Shown: piece after piece, positions 23,444-37,126 of the stretch
Layout of the letters: every line of letters starts with the position of its first letter
How positions within the stretch are numbered: position 1 is the stretch's first letter
Translations under genes and position numbers: made by a program
DNA from: Scyliorhinus canicula
Lineage: Eukaryota
Direction of reading: 5' to 3'
DNA length: 64,000 nt
Assembly: GCF_902713615.1 (NCBI RefSeq)
Contig: NC_052152.1
Location: forward strand, 35,315,810-35,379,809
Notes under the pieces: model-generated
What the model was told of the DNA's origin: nothing
The model's database searches: none
Seen by the model: only the letters and a program-made list of their open reading frames with translations

Positions 23444-24536
23444 ATTTTTTAAAAATATTTTTTATTCTCCTTTTTCACATTTTCTCCCAAATTTACACCC
23501 ATCAACAACAGACAATAATCGGTAACAAATATGTCAATCCCCATATCAATAACAACGATCCCATCCTCCCACCACACCTCAAACATTAGCCCGCATGTTC
23601 ACACAAACACATGCCAAAAAGGAATCACCCATAGTCGCCATTAACACACACAGCCCCATCCCTCCCACCCACACACCCCAACCAATGTTCGATGTTATCC
23701 AGTTCTTGAAAGTGCATAATGAATAATGCCCATGAATTGCAGAACCCCTCCATCCTTCCCCTCAGTTCAAACTTAACCTTCTCAAGAGTCAAGAATTCCA
23801 ACAGGACCCCCTCGAACACCAGGGCACAGGGTGGAGAGGTTGCTCTCCAACCTATCAGGATCCGCCATCGGGCGATCAACGAGGCAAAGGCTACAACATC
23901 TGCCTCCGCACCCGTTTCCAGCCCTGGCTGGTCCGACACCCCAAAAATGGCCTCCCGGGGGCCCGGGTCCAGTTTCACATTCACCACTTTAGAAATTACC
24001 CTAAAAACCTCCTTCCAGTATCCTCTAGCTTTGGACGGGACCAAAACATATGAACGTGATTAGCCCCCCCCGCAACGTTCACACACATCTTCTACTACTT
24101 CAAAGAATCGGCTCATCCTCGCCCTCGTGAGGTGTGCTCTGTATACCGCCTTCAGCTGTATCAGCCCCAACCTCGTGCACGAAGTGGAGGCATTCACTCT
24201 CCGGAGCACCTCACACCAGAGCCCCTCCTCCATATCCTCTCCCAACTCTTCCTCCCACTTTGCTTGATCCCTTCCAGTGGTGCCTTCTCCTCTTCCAAAA
24301 TAGCTCCATAAACCACCGACACTACCCCCTTCTCCAGTCCCCCTGTCGTCAGCACCTCCTCCAGCAATGTGGAGGCTGGCTCCACTGGGAAGCTCTGTAT
24401 CTCCCTTCTGGCAAAATCTCGAACCTGCATGTATCTAAACACTTCCCCCTGCTCCAGCCCATACTTCACTTCCAGCTTCTTCAATCCTGCAAACCCGCCC
24501 CGAAGAAACAAATCTTTTAGTGTCTTAATCCTCTTC
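23444..24536 (-). mobile_element. 5'-truncated L1-clade LINE
   Basis: Frameshifted ORF2 C-terminus (FRYMQVRDFARR; RLGLIQLKAVYRAHLT; FASLIARWRILIGW) homologous to the 30456 ORF; 14-bp TSD CTGTCTAATTATAT at 23430-23443 and 24537-24550. Confidence 0.92.
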
Positions 24537-25289
24537 CTGTCTAATTATATTATAGAAGAACTCAGAAGAATAACTCGCTTGTGATCTGGACTGAATATTC
24601 TCCAGTCTTTCCAAAGGCAGACTGAAACATATAGGAAGAAGCCAGAAGGGAATTGTTAAGCTTTATTTTACAGTTAGCGAGTGAAGATACACAGTAAGAG
24701 CTGTACCTCCGATCTCACCCTGAATAAATTCACTAAATAGCTCTCTTTGTAAACAAAAGAAACTAATTTAAAAATTACAACACATTATGCCTATTGAGGT
24801 GCTCTGAACTTCCCCTGGCCAGCCTTCTGATCATGGCCAGTCTGGATGTGGAAAGAGTAGGAACCTCTGCACCACAAAGCTAGGCTTCTTCTCCAGGCTG
24901 AGTTCACTGACTGCCCAAGTTTCTCTTTGCCTTTTTCAGTTAAACTTGTCGTAGGTCACAGAAAATCCTCCCAAAAATGGAGGTCAACTTGTAAGTTGAG
25001 TATAAAATATGAGCCATTAGTCTAGGTGGCCACCATTTTGAAATGTGGAAAAATAACACTGGCAAATCAAATTAAATTAATGTATTATATTTTATGTGAA
25101 TGAAATAACTACAATCGTAGAATGAAGTGAACTACAATCGTAACGTTGTAAAAGCCATCAAATTATTTGCCTTACTCATCCGATGTTGGGACTTTCCGCC
25201 AACGGGAGCAGAAAATATCGTCAGACGGCAAAAATCACATTTCATGATAACCTCAAACTAGGAAACAATTGTAACCTATCTCTATCAGT

Positions 25290-25503
25290 TTTTAAAAATA
25301 CATTTACAGTGCCCAATTCTTTTTTTTTCAATTAAGGGGCAATCCACCTAGCCTGCACATCTTTGGGGGGTTGTGGGGTTGAGAGCCACGCAGACATGGG
25401 GAGAATGTACAAACTCCACACGGACAGTGACCCCCCGGCCAGGATCGAACCCGGGTCCTCAGCGCTCTGAGGCAGCAGTGCTAACCACTGTGCCGCACTG
25501 CCT
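25290..25503 (-). mobile_element. V-SINE, A-tailed subfamily
   Basis: Head, V-domain and tail on the minus strand. Confidence 0.8.
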
Positions 25504-26219
25504 AGCCCGATCAGAGATGCGCTGCGTTTCCCAACATTCAACATTGGAAACCTCATTAACGCATAATCATAATCATCAGGCCAGTACCCGAGAATCATCC
25601 CCCAAATGTCAAAAAAATCTATCTTGGTGTCAGAGCATGACTAGTCTCAGAATGCAAGCACCAGGCGAGCAGTATTAGGAGGTGAGTGCAGCGCTCATCG
25701 GGGAGAGGGTTGTGCCTGTGTTATGTCAGGTTAATGCCATGATACTGCCGGCTTGACACCAGCATAGTGCCAGGTGGGTGCACCTGGGTGACGATTGTTT
25801 CCTGGTTTGCTAGCTGTGTGCTGGGGCAGCCTTTAAAAATGGTGTTCATTGAGTGTCCGATTTGATGGCGGGATGGGCAAATCACAGGCCGCCCACCAGC
25901 AATACGTTGTGGAACCTGTGACTTCAAGTCTTTTTTTTCTAAGTCCTGGACGAAATAGAGGAAAAAAACCACCAATGCTGTAGGCAGCTTCAGCACCACT
26001 TTTCCCACCCTGTATCGGCCTTTGCCGATATCAGAGCACATCCTCACCAAAGACTTAAGTGAATTAATCTCAAGTCACTTTGGTCATGACAAAATTATCA
26101 TAAACATCATAATAAGGATACCATTCTGGATCAAGTGTGGTGCTTTCGTTTTATAATCAATTCTCCACAACAGTTCACTTGATTCCCAATCCTGCATTTC
26201 CTGAATGATCTGAATTATT

Positions 26220-27075
26220 GGTCACTGGACATCTCGAAATTCGTGGCATTTCATCCATGTTGCAGATGTGCTAAAATATGTCATTGTGATTTTGCCGCTG
26301 TCTGAAACTGAATCGCTGGAAACTGGTTATTTTGGCATCGAGTTCTTTTGGTAGTCTCTGAATAATCTAGTTTTTTTGCCGTAACCCAAGACATTTTCGT
26401 TTCATAGAGTGGCTACACCAATTGGTTCTCTGAAGTCTCTGCTGGACTCGGTGCTTGATTTGTCCTCCTTAAGTGCCTATATACATATTGCGTTTCTGGC
26501 GATGATGTAATCATTCCAGCAAGTTTTGAGGACCCATTCGGATAAATGCATCTCATGAGTAGGTTAGTAGCTGGTCCCCATTTTGTGGCGCACTTTGTCT
26601 TGGATATCTTGTTCAGCTCGGATTTCTCCTTTCATTCTCGGACCACGCTTTCACATACACCGAATTCCCCACTTAGCAATGCAGTTATTTGAAGAGTTAG
26701 CAAATGTTACGACTTTTAGCTTGAAACCAGCTTCATACTTCATTCTAATTGCAGGACGACCCATTTCTGTTTGTCGGTCACAATGCGCATCCCGTTCTGT
26801 GTGCGCATGTCTTAAACACCCATGTTCCTTCTTGGCAGTGCAGCCCATACCGCCTGCTCGATCACATGTCCTGACTTGTAAGGCGAGTAGAATGCTAAGC
26901 AGGTATATCTGAGCTGAAGAATTGAGGCCGATTCCTAATGCAAGTATAGCCCTAAGCATGCATTTATTAGCTGAAAAATGGGTCAACACATACGCCGGGT
27001 ATAGGCCTAAATATGCATTTTGGCACCATAAAAGTGGGGTCCTTTTATATGCTGGGTTGACTTATACTTTGGTAC
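26220..27075 (-). mobile_element. decayed pogo-family (POGK/Brinker-DBD type) DNA transposon, 5' part
   Basis: MGRPAIRMKYEAGFKLKVVTFANSSNNC (BrkDBD-like); CENP-B HTH-like remnant; ICNMDEM first catalytic Asp motif at ~26247-26267; pogo-like subterminal TATAAGTCAACC near 27050-27067. Confidence 0.7.
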
Positions 27076-28541
27076 CAACTTCCGTCCAATAAATCTGAGC
27101 TGTTTATATCAGATGTTTCTAAACTTACTCTAGATTTTTAAAAGGATTAGGATTGGCTTATTAAATTTTAATTAGAGACATTATTTGCCAAAGGCTCTTA
27201 TTTGCCAGAGGAGATCTCTGACCTGAATTTGAGATGTTTCTATTGAACACTCTGCCACAATAATCAAAATAAATGAGAATCCATTCTGGATAGGATTAGC
27301 GGGGTCGTCCATCCCCGCTATCTAACAGCACTTTGTTGCTATTCCGGCAGGACATGTCCGGTAAATCACACACAATGTCTTATTGGTATATTTGCAGCTT
27401 GCAAAAGTTGTACTTGCAGAAATTTTGTGTCTGCTTTATTGTGTTTCTCATGGCTTACTAAAATTTACAAGTTCAAGTTAAAATTTACTAGCAGTTTGGC
27501 AGCACGAGGTGATTCATTCCAGGTCTTTCGAAAACAATGCAATGTATCCTTTTTCCTTTGCTCTCGAGAGACCATTTAACACTAAACAAATGCTTCAGAT
27601 TTGAATTGACTGAGCGGCTTCAAATTACATACCTAGTGGGTATTTACTAATACTGGTCACAGAGGTCCAGATCATCATAGCTGTGCGTGGTGTAATGTAC
27701 TTTGACAATTAAATTGCATAGTTTACAATGTCAAAATAACAACTTCATAAGTCCTTTAATATGGTGCATACCACAAGCCAGATAAAAAAAGTTAAAGCTA
27801 ATCATTATTTGCCACTCATAAGCCTTGAAACCCTCTTGCATAAACTGTTTTATGAACTTTTATTGCCAATTTGCTTCCCAAACATAATGGGAACGTTAAT
27901 ATTTTCATTAAACAAAAATACCACTTCAACAGGCATTAATACATTCCTTTGTCTGCTATTTTAGCAGAGGCGCTAATCAATTTTACATAAAAATCTTAAT
28001 GACTGTGTTTTAAAAAAAGCAGGCACAGGACAGCGAGACAAACCCATTTTGTTTGTCTGCTATCACTAATCATCGACCCTGGGCTTGGAGAACTTGCTGT
28101 AAATTACTGATTTGTAGGGTGTTTGAAGGAGTGCTGAACTTTGAGAAGCCATTTCTAATTTGAGGTCTGTGAATTCAAGCCATGTTCATATTTCCCCCTC
28201 AAATATAACACAGTGAGATAAAGAACAATGTTCCCTTTACTCTGCCCCTCATACTAAAGAACACCAAGACTGTTTTACATCGGTGTGATATTGTTTTTCA
28301 GTTTTCATACCGCGGTTTGTGTGCGAGACTGGCATTAATGCCAACTAGTGATAGGTTTATGTTGCAGATCCAAGCTCACTATGGGAACTGTGTTAAAACT
28401 GGCCAAACTCATTTCACATACAATTCTCCCAGCAACTAAACAAACGGGACAGGCATAGTTGGCGAACGCCTGGTGATCAATACTCAGTAGTAATCATTTT
28501 CAAAGTAAATCATATTTTGATATTCATACTTGACTGCCTAT

Positions 28542-28770
28542 GGGACAGCACGGTGGCGCAGTGGTTAGCATTGCTGCTTCACGGCGCTGAGGTCCCAGGT
28601 TCGATCCCGGCTTTGGGTCACTGTCCGTGTGGAGTTTGCACATTCTCCCCGTGTTTGCAAGGGTTTCGCCCCCACAACCCAAAGGTGTGCAGGTTAGGTG
28701 GATTGGCCACACTAAATTGCCCCTTAATTGGAAAAAAATGAATTGGGTAATCTAAATTTATAAAGAAAAT
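28542..28770 (+). mobile_element. V-SINE, A-tailed subfamily
   Basis: Full head to tail; 15-bp TSD TACTTGACT(G/C)CCTAT at 28527-28541 and 28771-28785. Confidence 0.92.
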
Positions 28771-29217
28771 TACTTGACTCCCTATTTTGGGTTAGCATCA
28801 CTTCATTTTCTGTTCAAAATGAAGAGAGAGTTTAGCAATGCACCGTGATTACGTTTTTAGGAGGTAGAAGTGCTGTAAACCTCCCTGGATTACCTTCCCT
28901 CTTCCCCGTAACTATCTGCAATTTTACAAGGGGGGGGCAAGGTAAGCAAGTTATTGGCTGCTTAAGGACTGCTTCCCGCCAGGCCACAATTTCTCATCCA
29001 GCGGTAGGCGCCCAGGGCCGGGGAGGAAGCCTGGCACATCAACCTGCTTGGGCTTCAGGTGAGAAAGTGGGTGGAGGCATTTCTATCCCTGGCCCCCTAT
29101 CCATATCCTCCACGGTCTGCTCCCCAAGGTGTTGCTTCTTTGCCTGGCCTTGCCATCATGATTCCTAGCCACCCCACTCTTCCACTACCTTCCCTGCCAT
29201 GAGACTCCGCACCTACC

Positions 29218-29537
29218 TAGCTCACCCGGCTAAATTGCTGGCTTTTAAAGCAGACCAAGCAGGCCAGCAGCACGGTTCGATTCCCGTACCAGCCTCCCCG
29301 GACAGGCGCCGGAATGTGGCGATTAGGGGCTTTTCACAGTAACTTCATTGAAGCCTACTCGTGACAATAAGCGATTTTCATTTCATTTTCATTTAGCACA
29401 GTGGGCTAAACAGCTGGCTTGTAATGCAGACCAAGGCCAGCAGCCCGTATCAGCCTCCCCGAACAGGCGCCGGAATGTGGCGACTAGGAGCTTTTCACAG
29501 TAACTTCATTGAACTTCATAAGCGATTATTATTATTA
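29218..29537 (+). mobile_element. two tandem short tRNA-derived SINEs lacking the V-domain
   Basis: Each has a head (GGCTAAA..GCTGGCTT...GCAGACCAAG) joined to CAGGCGCCGGAATGTGGCGA.TAGG.GCTTTTCACAGTAACTTCATTGAA; tails (TTTCA)n and (ATT)n. Confidence 0.8.
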
Positions 29538-30455
29538 CCTGGTTCTGGGGCTCTGACATTTACACCAATGGGACTGTAGGGGTGAACAGTATTGGCCGGC
29601 AGCTCATTGAGGCAGGACTTTCTCCCAAGTGAGGTGTGAAAGTCCCGCCTCCAGCCAATTAATGCTCCTCAAAGGGTTAAGTGGTTGTGGGGCTGCCATG
29701 ATCAGCAGGATGTCCCCCCCCCCCACTGACTGTTCCAGTGGTGGGGGGTGGGAATCCCCACCGTCCAAAAAATCCTATCCCACGTATTGGAAAATGTCCA
29801 GCACCAAAAATTACGTCAGTTCTCGAGGGGCTAAACTGAAAGGAAAGATCTGACAAGTTTAAACTTTGACACCAGTAATTGAGGCACTTTTGAAAAGATC
29901 TCGAGTATGCAGAAATAGGAAATGGTGAATTCAGAATATTGACCTGGATTTGCCGTAATGTTAAAGGTTATGCTATTCGTGTTCACCATTGTAAATCTGT
30001 TGTTAGATATATACACAGTTAAACATGGAAATCTAGAAGCTGCTGTCAGAGATGCTGTTTGGTGCATGTTGTTGCATTTCTCGCTGATCGACTCAATATT
30101 GAAAAGACCGCAATGGTGTGAACTCGGGGTACTTACTTCCTCTATCAATGGCTGAACATGTTAGGGCTTTGCATTCAGGAGTAATTGCGTTTCTCTTTTT
30201 AAAAATAATTTTTATTAAGATTTTCACAAAATATAAACAAAACAATATTAACCAAACAACCATAGTAAAAACCAAAGAGCAAAAACCAACCCCCCCCCCC
30301 CCCCCCCCCCCGTCAGCAACTACAAAAACAAAACAAAAAAAGAACAAAAAGGAAAGAGATAACACCCGCCACATCCAAACAAACCCAAGTACACAGTTCT
30401 CCCTCCCACCGAACCAAACCCCCCCCCGGGTTGCTGCTGCTGCCGGCCTATTTCC

Positions 30456-33400
30456 CTACCGTTCTGCCAGGAAGTCCAGGAAAGGCTGCCACCGCCTAAA
30501 GAACCCTTGCACCGACCCTCTCAGGGTGAATTTCACCCTCTCCAACTTAATGAACCCCGCCATGTCATTGATCCAGGCCTCCACGCTTGGGAGCCTCGCA
30601 TCCTTCCACTGAAGCAAAATCCTACGCCGGGCTACTAGGGACGCAAAGGCCAGAACACCGGCCTCTTTCGTCTCCTGCACTCCCGGCTCCGCAGCAACCC
30701 CAAATATCGCGAGTCCCCAGCCTGGCTCAACCCTGGATCCTACCACCCTCGACACCGTGCTTGCTACCCCCTTCCAAAAGTCCCCCAACGCTGGGCATGC
30801 CCAGAACATATGGGCATGGTTCGCTGGGCTCACCGAGCACCTAGTACACCTATCCTTGCCCCCAAAAAACCTGCTCATCCTTGTCCCGGTCATATGAGCC
30901 CTATGCCGCACTTTGAACTGTATGAGGCTAAGCCTCGCACAAGAAGAGGAGGAGTTCACCCTTTCCAGGGCATCCGCCCACGTCCCCTCCTCAATCTCCT
31001 CACCCAGCTCCTCTTCCCATTTACCCTTCAGCTCCTCCACCGAGGCCTCATCCACCTCCTGCATAACATGGTACACATCCGAAATCGTCCCTCCTCCAAC
31101 CCACACCCCCGAGAGCACCCTGTCCCGAACCCCCTGCGGGGGCAACATAGGGAACCCCGCCACTTGCCGCCTGGCAAACGCCTTAACCTGCATGTACCTG
31201 AACATGTTCCCCGGGGGGAGCCCAAACTTCCCCTCCAACTCACCCAGGCTCGCAAACCTCCCATCTACAAACAGATCCCTCAACCTCCTAATACCTGCCC
31301 TGTGCCAGCTGAGAAACCCCCCATCGACGCACCCCGAGACAAACCGGTGGTTCCCCCGTATCGGGGACTCCATCGAGCCCCCCACCTCCCCCCTATGCCG
31401 TCTCCATTGCCCCCAAATTTTCAGGGTAGCCACCACCACCGGGCTCGTAGTATACCTCGTTGGAGGGAGTGGCAACGGCGCCGTTACCAGCGCCTCCAGG
31501 CTCGTATTCACACAGGACGCCATCTCCACCCTCTTCCATGCTGCCCCCTCCCCGTCCATTACCCACTTACGCACCATTGCTGCGTTGGCAGCCCAGTAAT
31601 ACCCACAGTGGTTGGGCAGCGCCAGCCCTTCCCCATCCCTGCCCCGCTCCAAAAACACCCTTCTCACCCTTGGTGTCCCGTGTGCCCATACAAGCCCCGT
31701 GATGCTCCTGTTGACCCTCCTAAAAAAGGCCTTCGGGATAAGGATGGGGAGGCACTGGAACAGGAACAAAAACCTCGGGAGCACCGTCATCTTGACGGAC
31801 TGCACCCTCCCCGCCAGTGACAGCGGTAACATATCCCACCTCTTAAACTCCTCCTCCATTTGCTCCACCAGCCTTGTGAGGTTAAGCTTGTGCAGGGCCC
31901 CCCAGCTCCTAGCCACCTGGACTCCCAGATACCTCCCTGCCTGCTTCAGTGGGAGCCTACCAATCCCCTCCTCCTGATCCCCCGAGTGCACCACGAACAG
32001 CTCGCTCTTACCCAGGTTGAGCTTATACCCAGAAAAGCCCCCAAATTCGCCGAGAATCCTCACCTCTGGCATTCCCCCCACCAGGTCCGCCACATACAGC
32101 AACAGGTCGTCCGCATAAAGCGACCCTCGATGCTCCTCCCCACCCCGCACCAGGCCCCTCCAGTTCCCTGACTCCCTCAGCGCCATGGCCAGGGGCTCAA
32201 TTGCCAACGCAAAGAGCAAGGGGGACAGGGGACACCCCTGTCTCGTCCCCCGGTGCAGCCGAAAGTACTCCGACCTCCTCCTATTCGTGGCTACACTCGC
32301 CATCGGGGCCTCATGGAGCAGCCTCACCCAACGGACAAACCCCTCCCCAAACCCAAACATTTCCAACACCTCCCACAGATACCCCCACTCAACCCTATCA
32401 AAGGCCTTCTCCGCGTCTAATGCCACCACTAGCTCCGCCTCCCCTTCCACAGCCGGCATCATAATGACATTCAGAAGCCTTCATATGTTGGTATTCAACT
32501 GCCTTCCCTTTACAAACCCCGTCTGGTCCTCGTGAATGACCCCCGGCACACAATCCTCTATCCTTGTAGCTAAGATCTTCGCCAACAGCTTGGCGTCTAC
32601 ATTTAGCAGCGAGATCGGCCTATATGACCCACACTGCAAGGGGTCCTTGCCCCGCTTAAGGATCAAGGAAATCAGCGCCCGTGACATAGTTTGGAGCAAA
32701 GTCCCCCCCTCCCTTGCTTCGTTAAAGGTCCGAACCAACAGGGGGCCCAACAGGTCCACATACATTTTATAAAATACGGCCGGAAACCCATCCGGCCCCG
32801 GCGCCTTCCCCGACTGCATGCTGCCAATCCCAGTGACCAGCTCCTCCAGCTCAATCGGCGCCTCCAGCTCAATCGGCGCCCCCAGTCCCTCCACCTGCCC
32901 CGCCTCCACCTTCGGAAATCGCAGCTTGTCCAAGATGCGCCCCATTCCACCACCCCCTTCACCGGGGGTTCAGACCGGTACAATTCCCCATAAAAGTCCC
33001 TAAAGACCCCATTAACGTCTACCCCCCTCCGCACCACCTTCCCATCTCTATCCTTCACTCCCCCAATCTCCCTGGCTGCGTCTCGCTTTCGGAGCTAGTG
33101 CCAGCATCCTACTCGCCTTCTCCCCGCATTCATACACCGCTCCCTGTGCTTTCCTCCACTGAGCTTCCGCCTTTCTGGTGGTCAGCAGATCGAACCTGGC
33201 CTGAAGGCTACGCCGCTCCCCCAGCAATCCCTCCTCCGGAGCCTCCGCATATCTCCTGTCCACCCTCACCATCTCCCCCACCAATCTCTCCCACTCTCTC
33301 TGCTCTCCCCTCTCCCTATGGGTTCGGATGGAAATCAACTCCCCTCTAATCAACGTCTTCAATGCCTCCCAGACCGTCCCCACTCGGACCTTCCCGTTAT

Positions 33401-34262
33401 TGTTGGCCTCAAGGTACCTCTCGATACACCCCCGAACCCTCCCGCCCACCTCCTCATCTGCCAGCAGCCCCACCTCCAAGCGCCAGAGCGGGCGCTGGTC
33501 CCTCTCCTCCCCCAGCCCGAGGTCCACCCAGTGCGGGGCATGATCCGAAATGGCTATGGCAGAGTATTCAGCATCCTCCACCCTCGAAACCAGCCCCCTG
33601 CTCAGGACAAAAAAATTGATGCTGGATTAGGCCTTATGCACGTGGGAGAAAAACGAGTACTCCCTGGCCCTTGGCCTCGCAAACCTCCAGGGATCCACAC
33701 CTCCCATCTGATCCATAAACCCCCTCAACACCTTAGCCGCCACCGGCCTCCTACCCATCCGGGACCTGGATCGATCCAATGGGGGATCCAGCACCGTGTT
33801 GAAGTCCCCCCCCCCCCAATGATCAGGCCCCCCACCTCCAGGTCCGGAATGCGGCCCAACATGCGCCGCATAAACCCTGCATCGTCCCAGTTCGGGGCGT
33901 AGACATTCACCAGTACCACCCGCTCCCCCTGCAGCTTACCACTCACCATCACATACCTCCCGCCACTGTCAGCCACCACATTTGACGCCTCAAACGACAC
34001 CCTCTTTCCCACCATGATCGCCACCCCCCCGATTCTTCGCATCCAGCCCTGAATGAAATACTTGGCCCACCCATTCCTTCCTCAGTCGAACCTGGTCCGC
34101 CACCTTCAGGTGCATCTCCTGGAGCATGGCCACATCCGCCTTCAGCCCCTTCAAGTGCGTAAACACCCGGGCCCGCTTGACCGGCCCATTCAGCCCCCTC
34201 ACATTCCAAGTTATCAGCCGGATCAGAGGGCTCCCTGCCCCCCGCCCCTGCCGACTAGCCAT
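30456..34262 (-). pseudogene. L1 ORF2 (AP endonuclease, reverse transcriptase, Cys-rich C-terminus), disrupted
   Basis: RLITWNVRGLN...AMLQE; LVNVYAPN; ISDHAP; GKAPGPDGF; SYRPISLLNVDAK; LDAEKAFDRVEW; GTRQGCPLSPLLF; LYADDLL; CTRC...HMFWAC, split over several frames. Confidence 0.93.
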
Positions 34263-34917
34263 AACCCATCCCCAGCCCGCCACTGGCCAGCGCCCCCCGC
34301 TCGGCCTGTTCCCCACGGCGGCAACTCCCCCCCCCCCCCCAGCACCCCCTGCATACTCCAGCTCCTTCCTGGCCATTTCAGGTGCAACCTGGTATCCCCC
34401 CCCCCCCCCCCCAAGGCTAGGACCCCTCCTAGCCGCACCCCCCATCCATAGCACTCCCGTGAGCCAGCTAACGTCTGCTGACCCCGGCGACTCCTGCCAC
34501 ACCGCCGACCCCTCCCCACGTGGGGCTACTCCTCCTCCTCCGTGCCCATCAGCAGACCCTCCTACCCCCCCCCCCCCACCCCCGCTCTTGCGCGGGAAAA
34601 TAAAAACAAGCAAAGGCCCGCGCTTCTCAGCCCCGACCCCGCCCCCATCACCCCGCAGCGTGGGAAACAAGAGTAAAGCCCGCGCTTTCGCCCTGCCCAA
34701 CCCCACCTCCTCTAGGGCAGCTCCCATTGCCGGTCCCCACCACCAGCTCCCCGCACTCCCAGTTTACCTCCCCGCCCGAACCCGTCCACCAGACCCATAC
34801 AAAAAGACATCGCCCCACCCACCCTGAAGCCAACACACATCCTGCATGAAACAGAGAACCCCCCCTCCAAAAAATAGACACAGTTACATTTACATACAAA
34901 ACCCCCATCCCTGACCC

Positions 34918-35747
34918 TCAGTTTGAGTCCAATTTCTCGGCCTGCACAAAGGCCCACGCCTCCTCCGGGGACTCGAAATAATGGTGACGGTCCTTGTAGG
35001 TGACCCACAGACGCGCCTGCTGCAACATGCCAAACTTCACACTCTGTCTGTGGAGCACCGCCTTCGTCCGGTTGTACCCGGCCCTCCGCTTAGCCACCTC
35101 CGCACTCCAGTCCTGGTAGAACCTCACCACCATGTTCTCCCACTTGCTGCTCCGCTGCCTCTTGGCCCACCGAAGCACTCCCGGTCAACGAACCGGTGGA
35201 ACCGCACCAGCACCGCCCGCAGCAGCTTATTCGGCTTGGGCCTCCTGGCCAGTATTCTGTGGGCCCTCTCCAGCTCCAGGGCCCCTGGGAGGACCCAGCT
35301 CCCATCAGCGAGTTCAACAAAACGTCCACATAGGCCGCCAGGTCCAGCCCCTCCGTGAGGCTCAGGATCCGTAGATTTTTCCGCCTTGACCGGTTCTCCA
35401 TCTCCTCGAACCGCTCCTGCCACTTTTTATGGAGCGCCTCGTGCATCTCCACCTTCCCCGCGAGGGCCGCGGCCTCATCCTCTTTCGGAGGCTTGCTGCT
35501 GCAGCTCCCGGATTGCGGCCCCCTCGGCTGTCTGAGTCTCCAGCAGCTTACCGGTGGTAGCCTTCAGCGACTTCAGCAACTCCACCTTAAGCTCTTGAAA
35601 GCAGCGCTGACGAGTCTCCTGCTGCTCCTGCGCCCACTGCCTCCACTCCTCGAGGGCTCCGCCGGCCGCCATTTTGTTTTCCTTCCCCCACTTTTCCAGA
35701 GGCGCTGCCACCGCTTTTCTGCTCGCCCCACTCCTGGTCCGGACCAT
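34918..35747 (-). pseudogene. L1 ORF1 (coiled coil, RRM, CTD; Transposase_22-like), disrupted
   Basis: EMENRSRRKNLRILSL; LELERAHRIL...VLVRFHRFVDRE; RFYQDWSAEVAKRR...ARLWVTY...FESPEEAWAFV. Confidence 0.9.
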
Positions 35748-36789
35748 AGAACCCTGGGGATCTACTGCAGACCCCTTCCCACGTCGGGAATCGTCGATCA
35801 AGCACCGCTGGGGGCCCTAAAAAGAGCCCAGTAATTGAGTTTCTAATGGTGTGATAAGTGACGAGTTATTGATGAGCAATCACTTTGGCTCTGAAAACTT
35901 GTTTTTGAGAAGCGCAAAGGCTCATTCCAGCAGAAGAAAATTAACATTGGCGATTTTATTTACTTTCATTACTCTTATTGCCCCTTAATCCCAAGCACAT
36001 TTTACAAACTTTATTTTGATTTCTGCATATCTAAATTTAAATTTAATTAATAATTCCTGCTTTACACTTCCTGGTTTGCATACATGTTTCATTGAGGATT
36101 ATTAAATTTGATTGGTGGAAGACCCTCACTGTTTCTTAACCCACCCAGAGATGCCATGAATTCCCCCGTCGAGGGCAATACAGTGTAACAGGCGCCAAAT
36201 GACTAGAAATCTCTGTTGATAAGCCCACTAACCTCCGTGGGCAACTGTCAGCGAGGTGAATGATCAACTACTGAGACCAAATTCCCTGCTATTACTTCAA
36301 AGTCAGGAAAATAGGACTTTAAGAAGTACATTTTGAACATGCATTTGAGACCACATGTGATAAATGATTGTAATAATCTTCTAGATTATTAGAAGCGGAA
36401 ACATTTTGAGTCTTTCAAATGCAATTGGATGCGAAAATGGATGAATTAATGTAATTGAAGCTCGGGTTTTCTTGTGGGGGACTGTGATCCCTTTCCAAAT
36501 CTTAGAATTTTTTCATGTACAGGATTTTGAGCCATTTGTAACCCACTTGTGGACTTCTACTCAGTCAGGGGTTGTTCTATCCTTGGAGCTGTTTCAGATC
36601 AGGCTAATCCATCATTCTAGCCAGCAAAAAATGAAAGAACTTTGAGGGCAGCACAAAAACTAATTGTTACGTACTTTTGGACAGAATGATATGGAGAGGT
36701 TTGTGATCACTGGTTAGCTTTTCTTTGGGAACACTAAAGGATGAAATTCAAAAGCTAATAACAATAACTTGCATTTATATAATTTTTAA

Positions 36790-37120
36790 AAAGTTGTATT
36801 TATGTAGAACCTTTAATGAGCTCAGATGTCCCAAAACGCTTTACAGTCAATTAAGTACTTTTGAAGTACAGCTACTGTAGTGATGTAGGAAACACAGCAA
36901 CCAATTTGCGCACAGTAATCGCCCACAACAGCAATGTGCTAATGGCCAGAAAACCATTATTATGTTGATTAAGGGATAAAAATTGATCTTGGCACTGGAT
37001 AACTCCCATGTTTAAAAAAAAATAGTACCATGGGATCTTTTACGTCCACCTGCAAGAGCAGGTGGGGTTTTGTTTTAATGTCCCATCAGAATGACAGCAC
37101 CTCTAACAGTGCAGCGACCT
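36790..37120 (-). mobile_element. old SacSINE1/DeuSINE-like element
   Basis: AAGTACTTTTGAAGT...GTAGGAAACACAGCAACCAATTTGCGCACAG...AATAGTACCATGGGATCTTTTACGTCCACCTG; second copy at 45985-46275. Confidence 0.65.
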
Positions 37121-37126
37121 CTCTGT

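Larger units (their letters stand above)
30195..35829 (-). mobile_element. near full-length L1-clade LINE, frameshifted
   Basis: ORF1, inter-ORF spacer, ORF2, and 3'UTR with AATAAA; 15-bp TSD AGTAATTG(C/A)GTTTCT at 30180-30194 and 35830-35844. Confidence 0.95.

Noticed and set aside
30587-35834. Long plus-strand ORFs (336 aa, 228 aa, 233 aa and others)
   Set aside because: Antisense shadows of the GC-rich L1 ORFs.
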